NCBI RefSeq assembly: GCF_004010195.1
Contig: NC_057756.1
Coordinates: forward strand, 715,805-779,804
Reading direction: 5' to 3'
From: Chiloscyllium plagiosum
Lineage: Eukaryota
Length of the DNA: 64,000 nucleotides
Positions 1-13,480 of the stretch are shown here, in pieces (the first letter of the stretch is position 1; the number at the start of each line of letters is the position of its first letter). The translations under genes and the position numbers were made by a program. The notes beneath the pieces are model-generated. The model saw only the letters and a program-made list of their open reading frames with translations. It did no database searches and was not told the origin of the DNA.

Positions 1-65
1 TACAACTGCATTATGTGTGACTCGGGAAAGGTGGAACTGTATTGTTTTTGTATAAATGCAATTTT

Positions 66-1860
66 AGAGTCATGGAGTTGCACAGCATGGCAAGAGAAAC
101 TTCAAAGATGGAAATGTGTTGCTGGAGAAGCGCAGCAGGTCAGGCAGCATCTAGGGAACAGGAGAATCGACGTTTCGGGCATTAGCCCTTCTTCAGGAAG
201 TTTCCTGAAGAAGGGCTAATGCCCGAAACGTCGATTCTCCTGTTCCCTAGATGCTGCCTGACCTGCTGCGCTTCTCCAGCAACACATTTCCATCTCTGAT
301 CTCCAGCATCTGCAGACCTCATTTTCTCTTCAAGAGAAACTTCAATCCTACTGACCAGATATCCTAAATTAATCCAGTCCTAGTTTTCTAGCATTTGGCC
401 ATATCCCTCTAAAACCTTCTTATTTCATGTACCTACCAAGATGCCTTTTAAACGTTGTAATTGTGGCAGTTCTCACCACTTCCTCCGGTAGCTCATTACA
501 CACACACGCGTGACTCTCCTCTTGGAAAATTTCACCTTTGTTCCCTTTTATGTTTTTCAGCTCTCAGTCTAAATTTATGCCTTCTGGTTTTGGTCTCCCC
601 CACCTTGGAGACAAGACCTTGGATATTCAGCCAATCTATGCCCCACATGATTTTATTAATTTCTTTATGGCCACCGCTCAACATCTCACATGCTGGAGAA
701 AATAGAACCACCTATTCAACGTCTCCCTCCAGCTCAAACTCGCCAGCCCTGCCAACATCTGTGTATATCTTTTCTGAACCAATTCAAGTTTGACAACATT
801 CACCTACAGCAGGGATGTCAGAATGGAATGCAATATTCCAGAAGCAGCCTCACAAATGTCCCGCACAGCTGCAAAAACTCCTATATTCAATGCACTGACG
901 AATAAAGGCATGCATACCAAGTGACTTCTTGGCAATCTTATCTACTTGTAACTCAATTTCAAAGAACTATGCAATTCAAGTTTCACCCCAATGTCTCTTT
1001 ATTCAAAAACACTCCACAGGACCTCAGCATTAAATGCACATGGCCTGCTCTGTTCTGCCTTTCCACCATGCAACACCTTACATCGACCCAAATTAGGCTC
1101 CACCTGCCACTCCTCGGCCCACCTGCCCATCTGAGCAATGTCCTATTGTACGCTGAGGTGACTTCTTGTCTCTCCACTAATGGTTTGTTCTGCAAACTTA
1201 TTCACCATACCACCTGGTGAATAACATACAAATCTTTTATAAAAATGACAAAAAGTGGATCCAGCACTGATCCTTGCAGCACATCGCTGGTCAGAGGCCT
1301 CCAGTCTGAAAAGCAACCATAGACCTCGACTTTCTGCCTCTTATTTTCGAGCCAGTTCTGTATCCAAATGTGTAGGACTCCCTCTTTTCTATGTGATTTA
1401 AACCTGCTAACCATTCTACGTGTGAAACAGGTAGAATGCCTGAAGCCCATATAGATTACATTTGCCTTCATCAATCCTCTGTGTTAATTCTTCAAAACCC
1501 CATTAAGTTAGTGAGACGCGATTTTGCACGTGTGAGTATCCCTAATTAGTCCTTACCTTCCCACATATAAAACCATGTTGAGTATCCCTAATCAATCCTT
1601 GCCTTTGCAAATACATGTAAATCCTGTCCCTACTGAACCCTTTCAACGACTCCCCATACTGACATCACGCTCACTGGTCTATCGTTCCCTGACTTTTCCT
1701 TACCATCTTTCTTGAATGGTGGCATCACATTAGCCAAATTCCAGTCTTCTGGCGCGTTACCAGTGGCTATTGATGACACAAACATCTAAAGAAATGGTTT
1801 CCCGAGCTTCCCACAAATTTCTCAGATACACCTGGTCAGGTCCTCGGGATTTATTCATTG
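66..1860 (-). mobile_element. Decayed 3' part of a CR1-type LINE, interrupted by the insertion at 106-330
   Basis: Minus-strand RT remnant 'WIQNWLENKRQKV...WRPLTSDVLQGSVLDPLFVIFIKDL' (1202-1474); 3' tail near 66-75 resembles the one at 56461. Confidence 0.8.
106..330. mobile_element. Short Penelope-like terminal-repeat insertion forming a perfect hairpin, with a 15-bp TSD
   Basis: 94-bp perfect inverted arms (106-199 / 202-295); caagagaaacttcaa repeated at 91-105 and 331-345; sequence matches the end of the Penelope-like element at about 32010-32095. Confidence 0.85.
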
Positions 1861-3242
1861 TATCGCACAATGCAAGCAATTGGGCAATGGTATTGTGAAA
1901 AATAGCCTTTCTTTTTCCCTTCCATCATGGGTGACTGTAAAGTGAAATGAATTTCGGACCTCTTATCATGATTGTGTGCATGTTAGGTATGCACTAAATA
2001 ATTCAAGTTTCATAAATTAGAAATGTTTTATTTGGCCATGTTTAAGTTAAGTATTCGACAAATATAAACTTTTTTTGGGATTGAAGTATTTATTTCTGAA
2101 AGTCTTTTGTCCCGAGTAATAACCACTCGAGCAAACTGGTTGTTTTGGTGGTAGCATCAAATTTTGTTTTCAAACTGTTATGATGAGTTGTGGAACAGTT
2201 TGGTAAAACATCAGCCCTGTCATCACTTTCACATTGTGACAAAACTTTTTGAGATCTTGAGTCTGCCATGTTTCGAATGAAGACAACTGTACGTTTAAAT
2301 GTGTAGTCAGGAAAATCTGTAAAGCATCACTGGACAAGTACCATGTTTGTCATTGACAACAGCTAAAACTCTTGAAGTGTTTGAAGGGTGATCCAGAAAT
2401 GGATTGATAAAAACTGAAAATAAAAAAAATTAATGGAATTGGAAAGCAAGTTAGAGATGGCATACAATAAGAAGGTCTAATAAATTTGAAATATTGATAA
2501 TTGATTTGGGTTTGGTGGAACTGAAAATGGTATACCAAGTCATGCTTAACTCCAGAAGGCCAAGTTTCTATTATGGTTACAACCACTGTTATATAAAAAT
2601 GGGAGAAGTTAAAATTTTTCAGTTGAATAGAAAGAAAAATGATCCAGAAAGACATAATGTAATGCAAGTTTTATAAATGATGAAAACTAAACTGAGAGCA
2701 ACTAAAAGGCTAGAATGAGAAATTCAAGCGACAACAAAGTAATTGGGGGGGGGGGGGGGGGGGCAGGCTAGTTTCATTTGATGATGTTAAACATAACAAT
2801 AAAGTTTTTTTTAAAGGGGACAATGTTAATCGTGATCTACAGTCCACCTTTGAAACGTTTCATTCTGTTCAGACCCTACAAAAAGGATACCTGTTGCAGA
2901 TGGAAGCATTTTGTGGGTCATTACAGAGAGCTTTCAGGCAACTAATTCAGTCAAAGGAAAACTGAACTGTAACACCAGTTTACTCTGCAATGCATCGGAG
3001 ATCCATCATTGGCACAAAATTTGTCCCTTGATAATGAAACTTTTTTTTCTGTTTTACATGGTGTATTTGAGTTATTTCCAGTTTCCTTTCAAATTTTGAA
3101 GAAACGACCACGAAGAAAAGAAGCTATACTTAATTGACATAGTTAAGCATATTGCATTTTCACTTATGTAGTAGAAATAGATATCATGCACAAACCCTTG
3201 TAAAAGATGAAACCTCACTATGTGATATAATTAGTGCATGAG

Positions 3243-3765
3243 ATGAAAGTGAGGACGGCAGATGCTGGAGATCAGCGTCGAAAAGTGTGGTGCTGGAAAA
3301 GCACAGCCAGTATCAGAGGAACAGTAGAGTCGCTGTTTAAGGCATATGCTCTTCAACGGGAATGAGGGAGCGGTCTAAAGGGGTTGCGAGATAAATTAGA
3401 ATAGGGGTCGATCTGGAGGGAGCATCGCTGGATAAGTAGGTGAAGGTGGGGATGAAGGTGATAGGTCAGAGAGGAGGGTGGAGCAGGTAGGTGGGAAGGT
3501 AAATGGACAGGTAGGACAGTTTATCAGGGCAGTGCTGAGTTGGAAAGTTGAATCTGGGGTAAGGTGAGGGATGGGAAAATGGGTAAACAGGTGAAATCCA
3601 CATTGATCCCGAGTGGTTAGAGGGTTACAAAGTGGAAGATGATGTGTTCTTCCTCTAGGCGTTTGGCAGCTAGTGTTTGGCAGTGGAGGAGGCCCAGGGC
3701 TTGCATGTCCTTGCTGGAACGGGAGGGGGAGTTAACGTGTTCAGCCACAGGGCCTTGTGGACCCC
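3243..3765 (-). mobile_element. Penelope-like element 3' fragment (terminal repeat plus ORF C-terminus)
   Basis: Minus-strand 'AEHVNSPS...MQALGLLHCQTLAAKRLEEEHIIF' matches the C-terminal region of the element at 30270-32100. Confidence 0.75.
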
Positions 3766-5486
3766 GTGGCCCTCCCTCAGTGAATCCAGAAAAGGTACTT
3801 AGATGAACAATAACATGAAACAAATTGTCTCTTTAACTACAACCCCGAAACTTGAAGTAATATATGCCCTCAATGCACGCGAGATTAATGTGACAGGTGA
3901 GAGGTATAAGCATTTTCTTCGTGCAGTAGGATTTAGCCTCCCCTCTAAAATGTGTGAATGAACATTAGCAGCCAGCAAACTTGATGTGTAGAATATACCA
4001 AGGTTCCACTATATTTTACAAGATTAATTTTTTATTGTCTCGACCAGCTGTCGTAGGACTGTTTGAATAAATTGTCCACAGTTGAAGTTGACTTACTCCT
4101 GATAGTGATTTAATTGATGTGAAGGTTTAGCTTGGCAGAAAACATGAACGTCTTTAAATTGGGAGATAAGTGGTACTAATTGTTTTGCATTGTATAAAGT
4201 GACCAAATAATTGTAAAACAAACTCCATCATAGATATACAAATCTTAGAACAAGCAAAAATAGAGGGGCCAGATATATCTTACTGATGATTCAGCTGTGG
4301 AGACAGCAGAAGAGTTTGACTTTTCTTCACTGAACGAGTCTTGGAACGTAACACGTACAAATAAGAATCTACCTTTAAAAAAACGGACTAAATCTGAGGA
4401 TGAAGTCCTTCCAGCTGAAGGAGTTCAAGCGTTTCATTGCATTGAAAATAGAAATTTGAAGAGAACGTTCAGTCATCCTCTGGCGGATGCAGAATGAACA
4501 CTTGTTCTACATTAGTACAATGGGCGATTTATCATACGGAAATGTGAGTAGCACACTAACGTCCATTTAAAAAAGGAAGTACAAAAATAGTTCACATAGC
4601 CATGAGCACAGTTCAAGTCAGTGAAACATGTCACGTATATCACATAATCTGGAAACCTTAACATCGAATCAAACCAGCAATTTTAGTTGTCAGTGTCATA
4701 TCAGTTTTGAAAGACTATTAATCTGAATGTGAATAGATTACGTAAGTCAATTACTGAAAATGAAAGGAATAATTATACAGTCTTATAATTGTGTAAACTA
4801 TGAGTTACAGAACCTACTCTTTGAAGAACAATTCGAACTAAAGCATTTTTAGGAAATTTGTTGCAAAAAACAATTTGATTTGAAACCCTGATTTCTCAAT
4901 ACCCAATTTTTTGTTCATTGTGTCCAGATCAAAATCACTGAACTACCTTGATGAAATAGACTATTTCAAAACGAACTTTGCTCTATATTAACAATGGAAA
5001 AGAGAGATGATCACTAAGCGTTGGTCAAGCCAAAAAAATCCAATGCCCCTTTATAGAAACAGAAAAGACTGTTTTACTTTTCTGAATGGCGAGACTATAG
5101 AAGTTCAAAACACAGTCGTAAGAACAATGAATTTTGAAGGTAGCATTTCCATAAAGGCACTATCCAGAACAATGTGCTTAAATGAAGTAAAAGCACTATA
5201 GGAGACAGTGTGATTACCTGCACAGCTCAGCTACAGTCATTTACAATGTGTTGTACCCTGTGAGTAACATGGCATTTTAAGGTTAATGTAAAATTGCGCG
5301 TCATTTATGTGCATTATCAAGAGAAAGCTAACAACAAATGCATTATTACCACAAACGTTTATGAGGTCACATCCATATCATTCCAAATTGATATGGGATC
5401 AAATTACAATAATATGCCCATAATGCAATATTATAACATTTGTAACCTCGAAAATGAATGGATTCATTGTAATTTATTCATTCTAG

Positions 5487-5522
5487 AACAGCAAAAACTG
5501 ATGGACTCATTGAAAGAATTCG
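5487..5522 (+). CDS. Coiled-coil micro-exon 1 (36 nt, class A): (E)QQKLMDSLKEF
   Basis: ttattcattctAG acceptor, G|GTGAGC donor, 36 nt, open in phase 1, heptad pattern shared with the other class A exons. Confidence 0.85.
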
Positions 5523-6387
5523 GTGAGCAAAGTGCCTTTGTGTGTTCGTTAAACAATTTAATTTGTTAGCCACAGCAGAAAAATTACAGTTGAACCACCT
5601 GGAATAGAACATAAGTTAAATAACTACAACAACCAGTTTTGAACAGCAGTATGAAAGAGTTAATGAGAAATAGCCGAGTGATAATTGAATTCCCTTGTCC
5701 CACTACAGTCTGAGATAACAGGCCTCAACTACAGCCAACAATTATTCATAATATGTAATTCCGTTAGACTGTGGTTAAACATTTTTCAGTGAACATCAAG
5801 GAACGTATATCATACTGCTAAACGCCAAACGGTTCTCTCAATAAACTCAACACATTCAATAAAAATCATAATATTTGCCAATAGGGATCAGCAATATAAG
5901 CGTTGTTCACAGTATATTTGATCAGGAATCATGTTTAGTAGCAGATCAGCTTGGAGACTTGTTTCACTTCATGGTACCAAGAATGTCTCAATTGCTAAAA
6001 TCTTTGTTCTGTATGCAATTTTCTGTGTAGAGTCTTGAACACAAAAGCTACACTGTATGTTGAAACACAGACTGACTGATGCACTCTAAGATGTGCAGTG
6101 TGTAAGATGGGATGTAAAAAAAAGTTATTTAAGGAGAATGTTAAACTTCCCATTGTTAAATTGCAAGAAAAATGTGGCAAAGTCCGTCTCCATTTTCCTG
6201 ACTTACATTGCTTGCAATACATAGTTCAATTGTACTATTTTGCCATTAACACAGTGATTTTTATATGTAACTATTATAGTCAAATATGTCGTCATAATTC
6301 AGTCAAAGTATTAATCTTTTTACATGTGCATTGTGAAAATTCATCATTCTTTTTTTACTACCAAGTTGTTATTTTCACTCTTCACAG

Positions 6388-6414
6388 AAGAAAAACTGAA
6401 AGCAGCAATCAAAG
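6388..6414 (+). CDS. Coiled-coil micro-exon 2 (27 nt, class B): EEKLKAAIK
   Basis: ttttcactcttcacAG acceptor, AAG|GTAATT donor, EEKLK motif. Confidence 0.9.
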
Positions 6415-6524
6415 GTAATTGGTTTAGAGTGCCATCGTTGTACACCATAAAAACAAATGTATAGGCTCTATAAATTCATAAGATTGCAATTACTGGAAAT
6501 CTGTACTCTAACAAAGAATAAAAA

Positions 6525-7335
6525 TAAAGCTGATGGGGAAATACACCGCCGGTCAGACAACATCTGAGAAGCAGGAGAGTCGACGTTTCAAGCATCATGA
6601 ATGCGGGGAGAGGCAAAGCAGCTTGAGAGATAAATGGCACGGTGGATGGGGCTGGGGGAAGGAATGCGATAGTTGGATGAAGGTGGAGGTTAATTGAGAT
6701 AGGTTGGAAATGAGAGTAGAGTGGATAGTGGGAAGGAAGGTGGCCTTCAAGAGGGTGGTGATGATTTGTAGGTTTGGATCTGAGATAAGGTAGGGCTTGG
6801 GGTAGGCGAGATGAGGAAACTGGTGAAATCAGCATTGATTTCGTGTGGTTTGTGGGTCCCAAGGTGGAAGATGAGGTGTTCTTCCTCCAGTCGTCCTCCA
6901 GTAACCTCCAAGCACACGGAATCGTTGTTGACTTCACCAGAACCCTCCAACCACAAGGAATCAATGTCGAATTCAGCAGTTTCTTTATCTCCCCTCCCCT
7001 CACCTTATCACAGATCCAACCTTCCAACTCGGCACCACCCTTTTAAACTGTCAACTGTCCTATCTGTCCATCTTGCTCCCCACCAATCTGCTCCACCCTC
7101 CACTCAACCCATGACCAACACCCAACCTTCATCCAACTGTCGCATTCCGAGCTGTCTTGCCCCATGCCCCACGTCCCTTCCATTTATTTTTCTGTCTCTT
7201 TACACCTGAATCGCCCACATTTCTGATGAAAACTCGATTCTCCTGCGCCCCGGATGCTGCTTGACCGGCTGCACCTTTCCAGGCCCACACTTTTGTACTT
7301 TACCTTCCAGCATCTGCATCCTCACTTTCTCCCTG
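6525..7335. mobile_element. Penelope-like fragment with inverted plus direct 3' portions
   Basis: 6525-6900 is a minus copy (RLEEEHLIFHLGT...INADFTSF); about 6935-7335 is a plus copy (TLQPQGINVEFSSF plus terminal repeat). Confidence 0.75.
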
Positions 7336-7529
7336 ATCGAAAATTAAAACAATTTGGCCATATCATTCGAGATAAAAAAAACACAGTTGACGTTTCAAAA
7401 CCAATATTACTCCCGAAGAAGAGGCATGCTGGACTTTGGAAAATGAAATCCCTTCCTCGATTGACAACGTTTAGCTGACCTTCTGGATTTTTCCAGCAGC
7501 CTTTTGTTTAATGACTCCAGTTTTCGGGA

Positions 7530-10500
7530 TCAGTGAGGAACGAGGAATGGGGCGCCGTCGAGGAGGTAGGTTTCCCACTTTAAAAGGACTTATCTCGAGT
7601 ATCAGGTCTCAATCTGTCGGGATATGCGAAGAGAGAGGAGCGGAGTCTGCCAGGAGGTAAGTGTCCCACTTAAAAGGGACTTACTTCGAGAGTCAGGCCT
7701 TCATTTTACAGGGCAGGGAGGAGAGAGGAGCGGAGTCTGCCAGGAGATATGTCTCCCACTTAAAACGGACTGACCTCGAAAGTCATCCCTCCATTTTTCC
7801 GGAGCGATGGCTGGCGGAAGTTACACCACTGCTTTAAAAACTTACCACGTGTATAGGTGGAGCACAGGCTGAACAGGAATGAACACGGGACTGCTGAGTA
7901 AGTGAAATAATAGGTGACTCCCACCTATCCTCCTTCTCTAACGAAAAATAAAGGTTCTATGCGCCAGATTGGTAAGGTAACTAGATTTAAAAAAAAAATC
8001 TTTATTTTTTAATGGTCTCTTTGGGGATTTGGAATAGTGGGAATAGCGGTTAGAACAGTTTAATGTTGCTGCAGAATGTGGGACATAAGGGTCTCTGCTG
8101 ACTTCAGCTGTGGGAAGTGCACCCAACACCAGCTACTTGAAAACTGCAACAAGGAACTGGAGCTGGGTGAACATTGGGTCATTCGGGAGGCAGAGGGGGT
8201 TATTGAGAGGAGTCACAAGAAGGTCGTCACACCTCAGCTACAGTAAAAAAAGTAAATTATTTACAGCCAGGAAAAGCAAAGGGAGCCAGCAGACAGTGCA
8301 TGGATCCCCTGTAGCCTATCCCCTCAATGACAAGTATATCGTTTAGGATACCTTTGGGGGGGGGTGGATTTAGCAGGGTTAATCCATGGGGTGCAGGTCT
8401 CTGGCACAGAGTCTGTCCCTGTTTTTCAGAAGGGAAGGGGAATGCAGAGCAGAGCATCTGTCATTGGGAGCGCCATGGTTAGGGGAACAGACAGGAGATT
8501 CTATGGGAATGAGAGAGACTCACGGTTGGTGCGTTACTTCCCAGGTGCAAGGGTTAATGATGTCTTGGATCATGTTTTTGAGGGGAAGGGGGAGCAGCGC
8601 CAAGTCGTGGACAATATTGACACTAACGACACAGGTAGGAAAATAGATGGGGATCTAAGGCAGAAATTCAGGGTGCTAGGGTGGTAGCTTGGAATTAGAA
8701 CAAGCAGAGTTATTATCTCTGGATTGTTAACTGTGCCACGTGCAAGCAATGTGTGGAATAGGGAGAGAGGAGCGTTGAACATGTGGCTACAGCGATGGTG
8801 CAGGAGAGAGGGTTTTGGATACCCGGATAATTGGTGCTCATTCTAGGGTAGATGAGATCTCTAAAACAGGATTATCCACACGATACCAGAGAGGTCCCAA
8901 TATTCTGTGGTGCAGGAAGTGGGGGGCCAGCGGGAGTAATGTGCTAATTCACTCTATAGCACAGGAATGGAAACCTAAACTCGAATTACAGTTTCCAGGA
9001 GGTTGAGAGTATTGAGGTCTGAAATATGGTTTCAAGGTGGCAAGAGTACAATGGCAAGCAGGAAGGTGGTTTGGAGTATGTCTACTTCAAAACCAGGAAC
9101 ATTTGGAATAACGAGGGTGAACTTTAAACATGAGCTTTTACTTGGGACTTCGATACTGTAGCTACTTTGGAGGCATAAATACAGTCGGGACATGAATCGT
9201 TGTTGCAGGATCTGGGATTTAGATGTTTCAGTAAGAACAAAGAGGATGGTAAAAGGGCGAGGGGTGGCATTGTTAGTCAAGGACAGTATTAGATTAGATT
9301 AGATTAGATTAGATTAGATTAGATTNNNNNNNNNNNNNNNNNNNNNNNNNNNNNNNNNNNNNNNNNNNNNNNNNNNNNNNNNNNNNNNNNNNNNNNNNNN
9401 NNNNNNNNNNNNNNNNNNNNNNNNNNNNNNNNNNNNNNNNNNNNNNNNNNNGGAAACCCACGCAGACACGGGGAGAACGTGCAAACTCCACACAGTCAGT
9501 CGCCTGAGGCAGAAAAGACGTTTGAATACTCGTCTACTAAGTTAGTATGGGCTGAGGTTAGAAACAGGAAAGGAACGGTCACCATATTGGGAGTTTTCTA
9601 TAGGCCTACGAATACTTCCAGAGATATAGAGGAAAAGATTGAAATGGTGATACTGCATTGGAGCGAGAGCAACAGGGTAGTTGTTAGAGAGACTTTATTT
9701 TACGAAATATTGACTGGAAATACTATCGTTCAAGTTGTTCAGATGGGTCGGTTTTTGCCCAACGTGTGCAGGAGAGTTTCCTGACACAGTACATAGACAG
9801 GCCAACAAGGGGCAAGGCCACATTGGATATGGTACTGGGTATGAACTTGGCCAGGTGTTAGATTTGTAGTTAGGTGAGCACTTTGCTGATAATGACCACA
9901 ATTCGGTTATGTTTACTTTAGCAATGGAAAGGGGTAGGTACAAACCACAGAGCAAGTCATAACTGGGGGCAAGTCAAATATGATGCTATTAGGCAAGGTT
10001 TAAGATTCATAGAACGGTGAAGGAAACTTCAGGGGATGGGCACAATTAAAGTTTCTAGCTTATTCAAGGAACAGCTACTGTGTGTCCTTGATAGGTATGT
10101 ACCTGCCAGGTACGGAGGAAGTGGTCAGGTGCGGGACTCGCTGTTTACTAAGAAAGTTGAATCTGTCATCAAGAGGAAGAAGAAGGATTATGTTAGGATG
10201 AGACGTGAAGGTTCAGCTGTGGGAGCTTGAGAGTTACATGCTAGCCAGGAAAGACCTAAAGAGAGAATTAAGAAGAGCCAGGAGGAGACATCAGAAGTCA
10301 TTGGCAGATATGATCAAAGAAACCCCTAAAGCTTCCTACAGGTATATCAGGAATCAAAGAATAACGAGAGTAAGATTAGGGCCGATCAAGGACAGTTGTG
10401 AGCGGAATACAAGGAAATAGGAGAAATGCTAAATGAATATTTTTCACCGCTATTGAAACTGGAAAATGCAAAGATGTAGAGGAGAATGCTGATATATATG

Positions 10501-12105
10501 CTATTACACTAGACAGGATTAAGGTTCACAAGCCTGAGGTATTAGCAATTTTGGGAAGTGTGAAAATAGTAAGTCCCCTGAGTGGGATAGAATTTACCCT
10601 AGGATTCTCTGGGAAGCGACAGAGGGGATTGCAGAGCCTTTGGCTTTGATCTTTATGTCGTCATTGTTTACAAGAATAGCGCCTAGAAGACTGGAGAATA
10701 TCAAATGAGGTCCTCTCATTTCAGAAGGGGAGTATAGACAACCCTGGAAATTATAGGCCAGTGAGCCTTACTTCAGTTGTAAGTGTTGGAAAAGGTTGTA
10801 AGAGATAGGATTAAAAATAATCTAGAAAGGAATAGGTTTATCAGGGATAGTCAGCACGGTTTAGAGAAGGGTAGGTCCTGCCTCATAAATATTATTGAGT
10901 TCTTTGAGAAGATGACCAAATAGGTGAATGAGGGAAAAGCGGTTCATGTGGTGCATTTGAATTTCAGTAAGGCGTTTGATAAGGTTTATCATGGTAGGCC
11001 ATTACTCAAAACACGGAGGCATGGTATTGAGGGTGATTGAGAGGTTTGGATCAAAAATTGCCTAGCTGTAAGAAGACAGAGGGTAGGTCCTTGGTGGAAA
11101 TGTTCATCCTGGAGTTCACTTACTAGTGGTATAAAACAGGGATATGTTTTGGGTCCACTGCTGTTTGTCATTTTTAAAAATGACCTGGGTGAGGGCATAG
11201 AAGGATGTGTTAGTAAATTTGCAGGTGACAGTAGGTTCGGTAGAGTTGTAGATAGTGACAAAGGATGTTGTAAGTTACAGAAACACGTAGATAAGCTGCA
11301 GAGCCAGGATGAGAGGTGGCAAATAACGTTTAACGCGGAAAAGTGTGAAATAATTTACTTTGGAAGGAGTAGCAGTAATGCAGAGTACTGGACTAAAGGT
11401 AAGATTATTGCCAGTGTAGATGAGCAGAGAGATCTCGGTGTAAAGGTACACACATCCTTGAAAGTTGCCACCCAGGTTGATAGGATTGTTAAGAAAGCAT
11501 ACGGTGTGTTAGCTTTTATTGGAAGGCGGATTGACTTTCGGAACGATAAGATCATGTGTAGTTGTACAAAACTCGGGTGTGGCCATATGTGGACAATTGC
11601 GTACAGTTCTGGTCACCGCATTATGGTAAGAATGTTGAAGCTTTGGAAAGTTTCAGAGGAGATTTACTAGGATGTTGCCTGGTATGGGGGAAAATTCTTA
11701 TTTGGAAAGGCTGAGGCACTTGAGGCTGTTTTCGTTAGAGGGAAGAAGGCTGAGGGGTTTCTTAATTGAGACATATAAGATAATCAAATGTTAGATAGGT
11801 TGGACAGTGAGAGCCTTTTTTTGTCTGATGACGATGGTTAGCACGAGGCAGCATAGCTTTAAATTGTGGGGTCATACATATTGGACAGATATCAGAGGTT
11901 GTTTCTTCACTCAGACATTAGTAGGGGCGTGAAACGCACTGCCTGCAACAGTAGTCGACATGCCAAATCTAAGGGCATTTAAATGGTCATTGGATAGGCA
12001 TATGGAATTATTTAAGTCAGATGGACTTCACATTGGTTCCGCAGGTTGGTGCAACATCGAGGGCTGAAGGCTTGTTCTATGCTTTAGTGTTCGATGTTCT
12101 GTGTT
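7530..12105 (+). mobile_element. Near-full-length decayed CR1-type LINE (ORF1 esterase-like, ORF2 endonuclease plus RT)
   Basis: ORF1 remnant 'VIGSAMVRGTDRRFYG...RYFPGARVNDV'; EN remnant 'VWAEVRNRKG...LGVFYRP'; RT remnant 'GPLLFVIFKNDL...SKFAGDS'; ttctatg-like 3' tail; many stops and frameshifts. Confidence 0.9.
9290..9510 (-). mobile_element. HE1-like SINE fragment with (AGATT)n tail nested in the CR1 element, spanning gap 9326-9451
   Basis: ggaaacccacgcagacacggggagaacgtgcaaactccacacag is the reverse complement of the V-SINE core seen at 14436-14480. Confidence 0.75.
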
Positions 12106-13480
12106 CAAATGCAACATAACTTCCCAACTTCTATACTTAATGCCATGTATGTTGAAGACCACTTTGCTAAAAGACTTCTGCATTGCCATGTCTATCTGTG
12201 ACTCCACTTTCAGAGAATCGTGCAATTGAACTCCAAGGTCCCTCTGTTCCACCACGGTCCTTGAGGCTCTACCTAACAACTGAAACTCTGAACTTGATTT
12301 GATTTAATATCAACCCATTTCCCCAGATGATAGGTATCAAAGTTCAATTTCTAATAGCCTTCCTCAGTGTGCACAATACCGACAACTTTATTGTCACCTG
12401 CAAACATACTGCTTAATAACGTGACAGTCTCATCCAAATCATTTATGTAGGTAGCAAACTTGTGGGCCCAGCGTCAAAGCCCGAATTACATAACTAATCA
12501 CAGGTTTCCAGTTCAAAAAACATCCTTGCAGGTTTACCCGCTGCTTACAATCATCAGTCCAACTGTTTGCCAGCTGTTCCTGGATTCGATGCGATCTTCC
12601 AGAGCATCCAACCATGTTAGATCAAAAGCCTTACTGATACCCATATAGAATACGCAGTTCCCTCGTGGATCTTTCTTGTCCCTTCGTCAAAGGTCTCTAG
12701 AAAATTTGTGAGGCATGATCTTTCACGGAAAAGCTATTCTTACTACACCTTATCAAATCTTGTCTTTCCAAATGCGTGTATATCTTATCCTTCAAACTCT
12801 TCTCAAGTAAGTTACCTCCCATAGACTTTAGGCTTCTTGGTCTACAGTTTCCAGGTTTTTCTTTGCAGCTCTTCTTGAATAAGAGCACAACATTCTGTAC
12901 CCTCCACTCTTCCAGGACCTCACCCACAGCAAACGATGATGCCACGATATCAACGAGGGACTCACCATTTATTATCAAGCTTCTTACAGGAGTCTTGGAC
13001 ATAACTGATCAGGGTCAGGGGATTTATTACATTCATGAAATCTAACAAGTCCACCACCTCATCTACAATGATCTAGACTGCTCCCAACAGATCACCACGA
13101 ATTTCCTCAAGTTCCCAGTCCTCAAATTTTTTTCCACTTTAAACACTGGAGAAATATTTAACGAGGATCTTGCCCATCGCCTGTGGTTCTGTGTATACAT
13201 GTTCGCTAATGTCCTTGAGTAGTCATATTCTCTCTCTCTGGTTACTCTTTCTCCTTTAATATATTAAAATAATTTCTTTGGAGTCACCCTCATCTTCTCA
13301 GCCAAATCAGACTCATTCCCCCTTCTGGCCCTCTTTATTTCCTTCTTCAGTAAACTCCTGCATTCCCTTTAAATCTTCTAGGATTCCTCAATGCCACCTT
13401 GCTGTACCAGAGTGATTTCTCTTTCTCTATTTTGGACAAAGGCTCAACAGTTCTTGCCACCTTTGGGATCCTGAAATCTG
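12105..13480 (-). mobile_element. Decayed CR1-type LINE ORF2 fragment
   Basis: Minus ORFs 'EQRDLGVQLHDSLKVESQ' and 'EWRVQNVVLLFKKSCKEKPGNCRP'. Confidence 0.8.

Noticed and set aside
8364..11670. Esterase-, endonuclease- and RT-like ORFs as host genes
   Set aside because: They are fragments of one decayed CR1 element with many stops and frameshifts.
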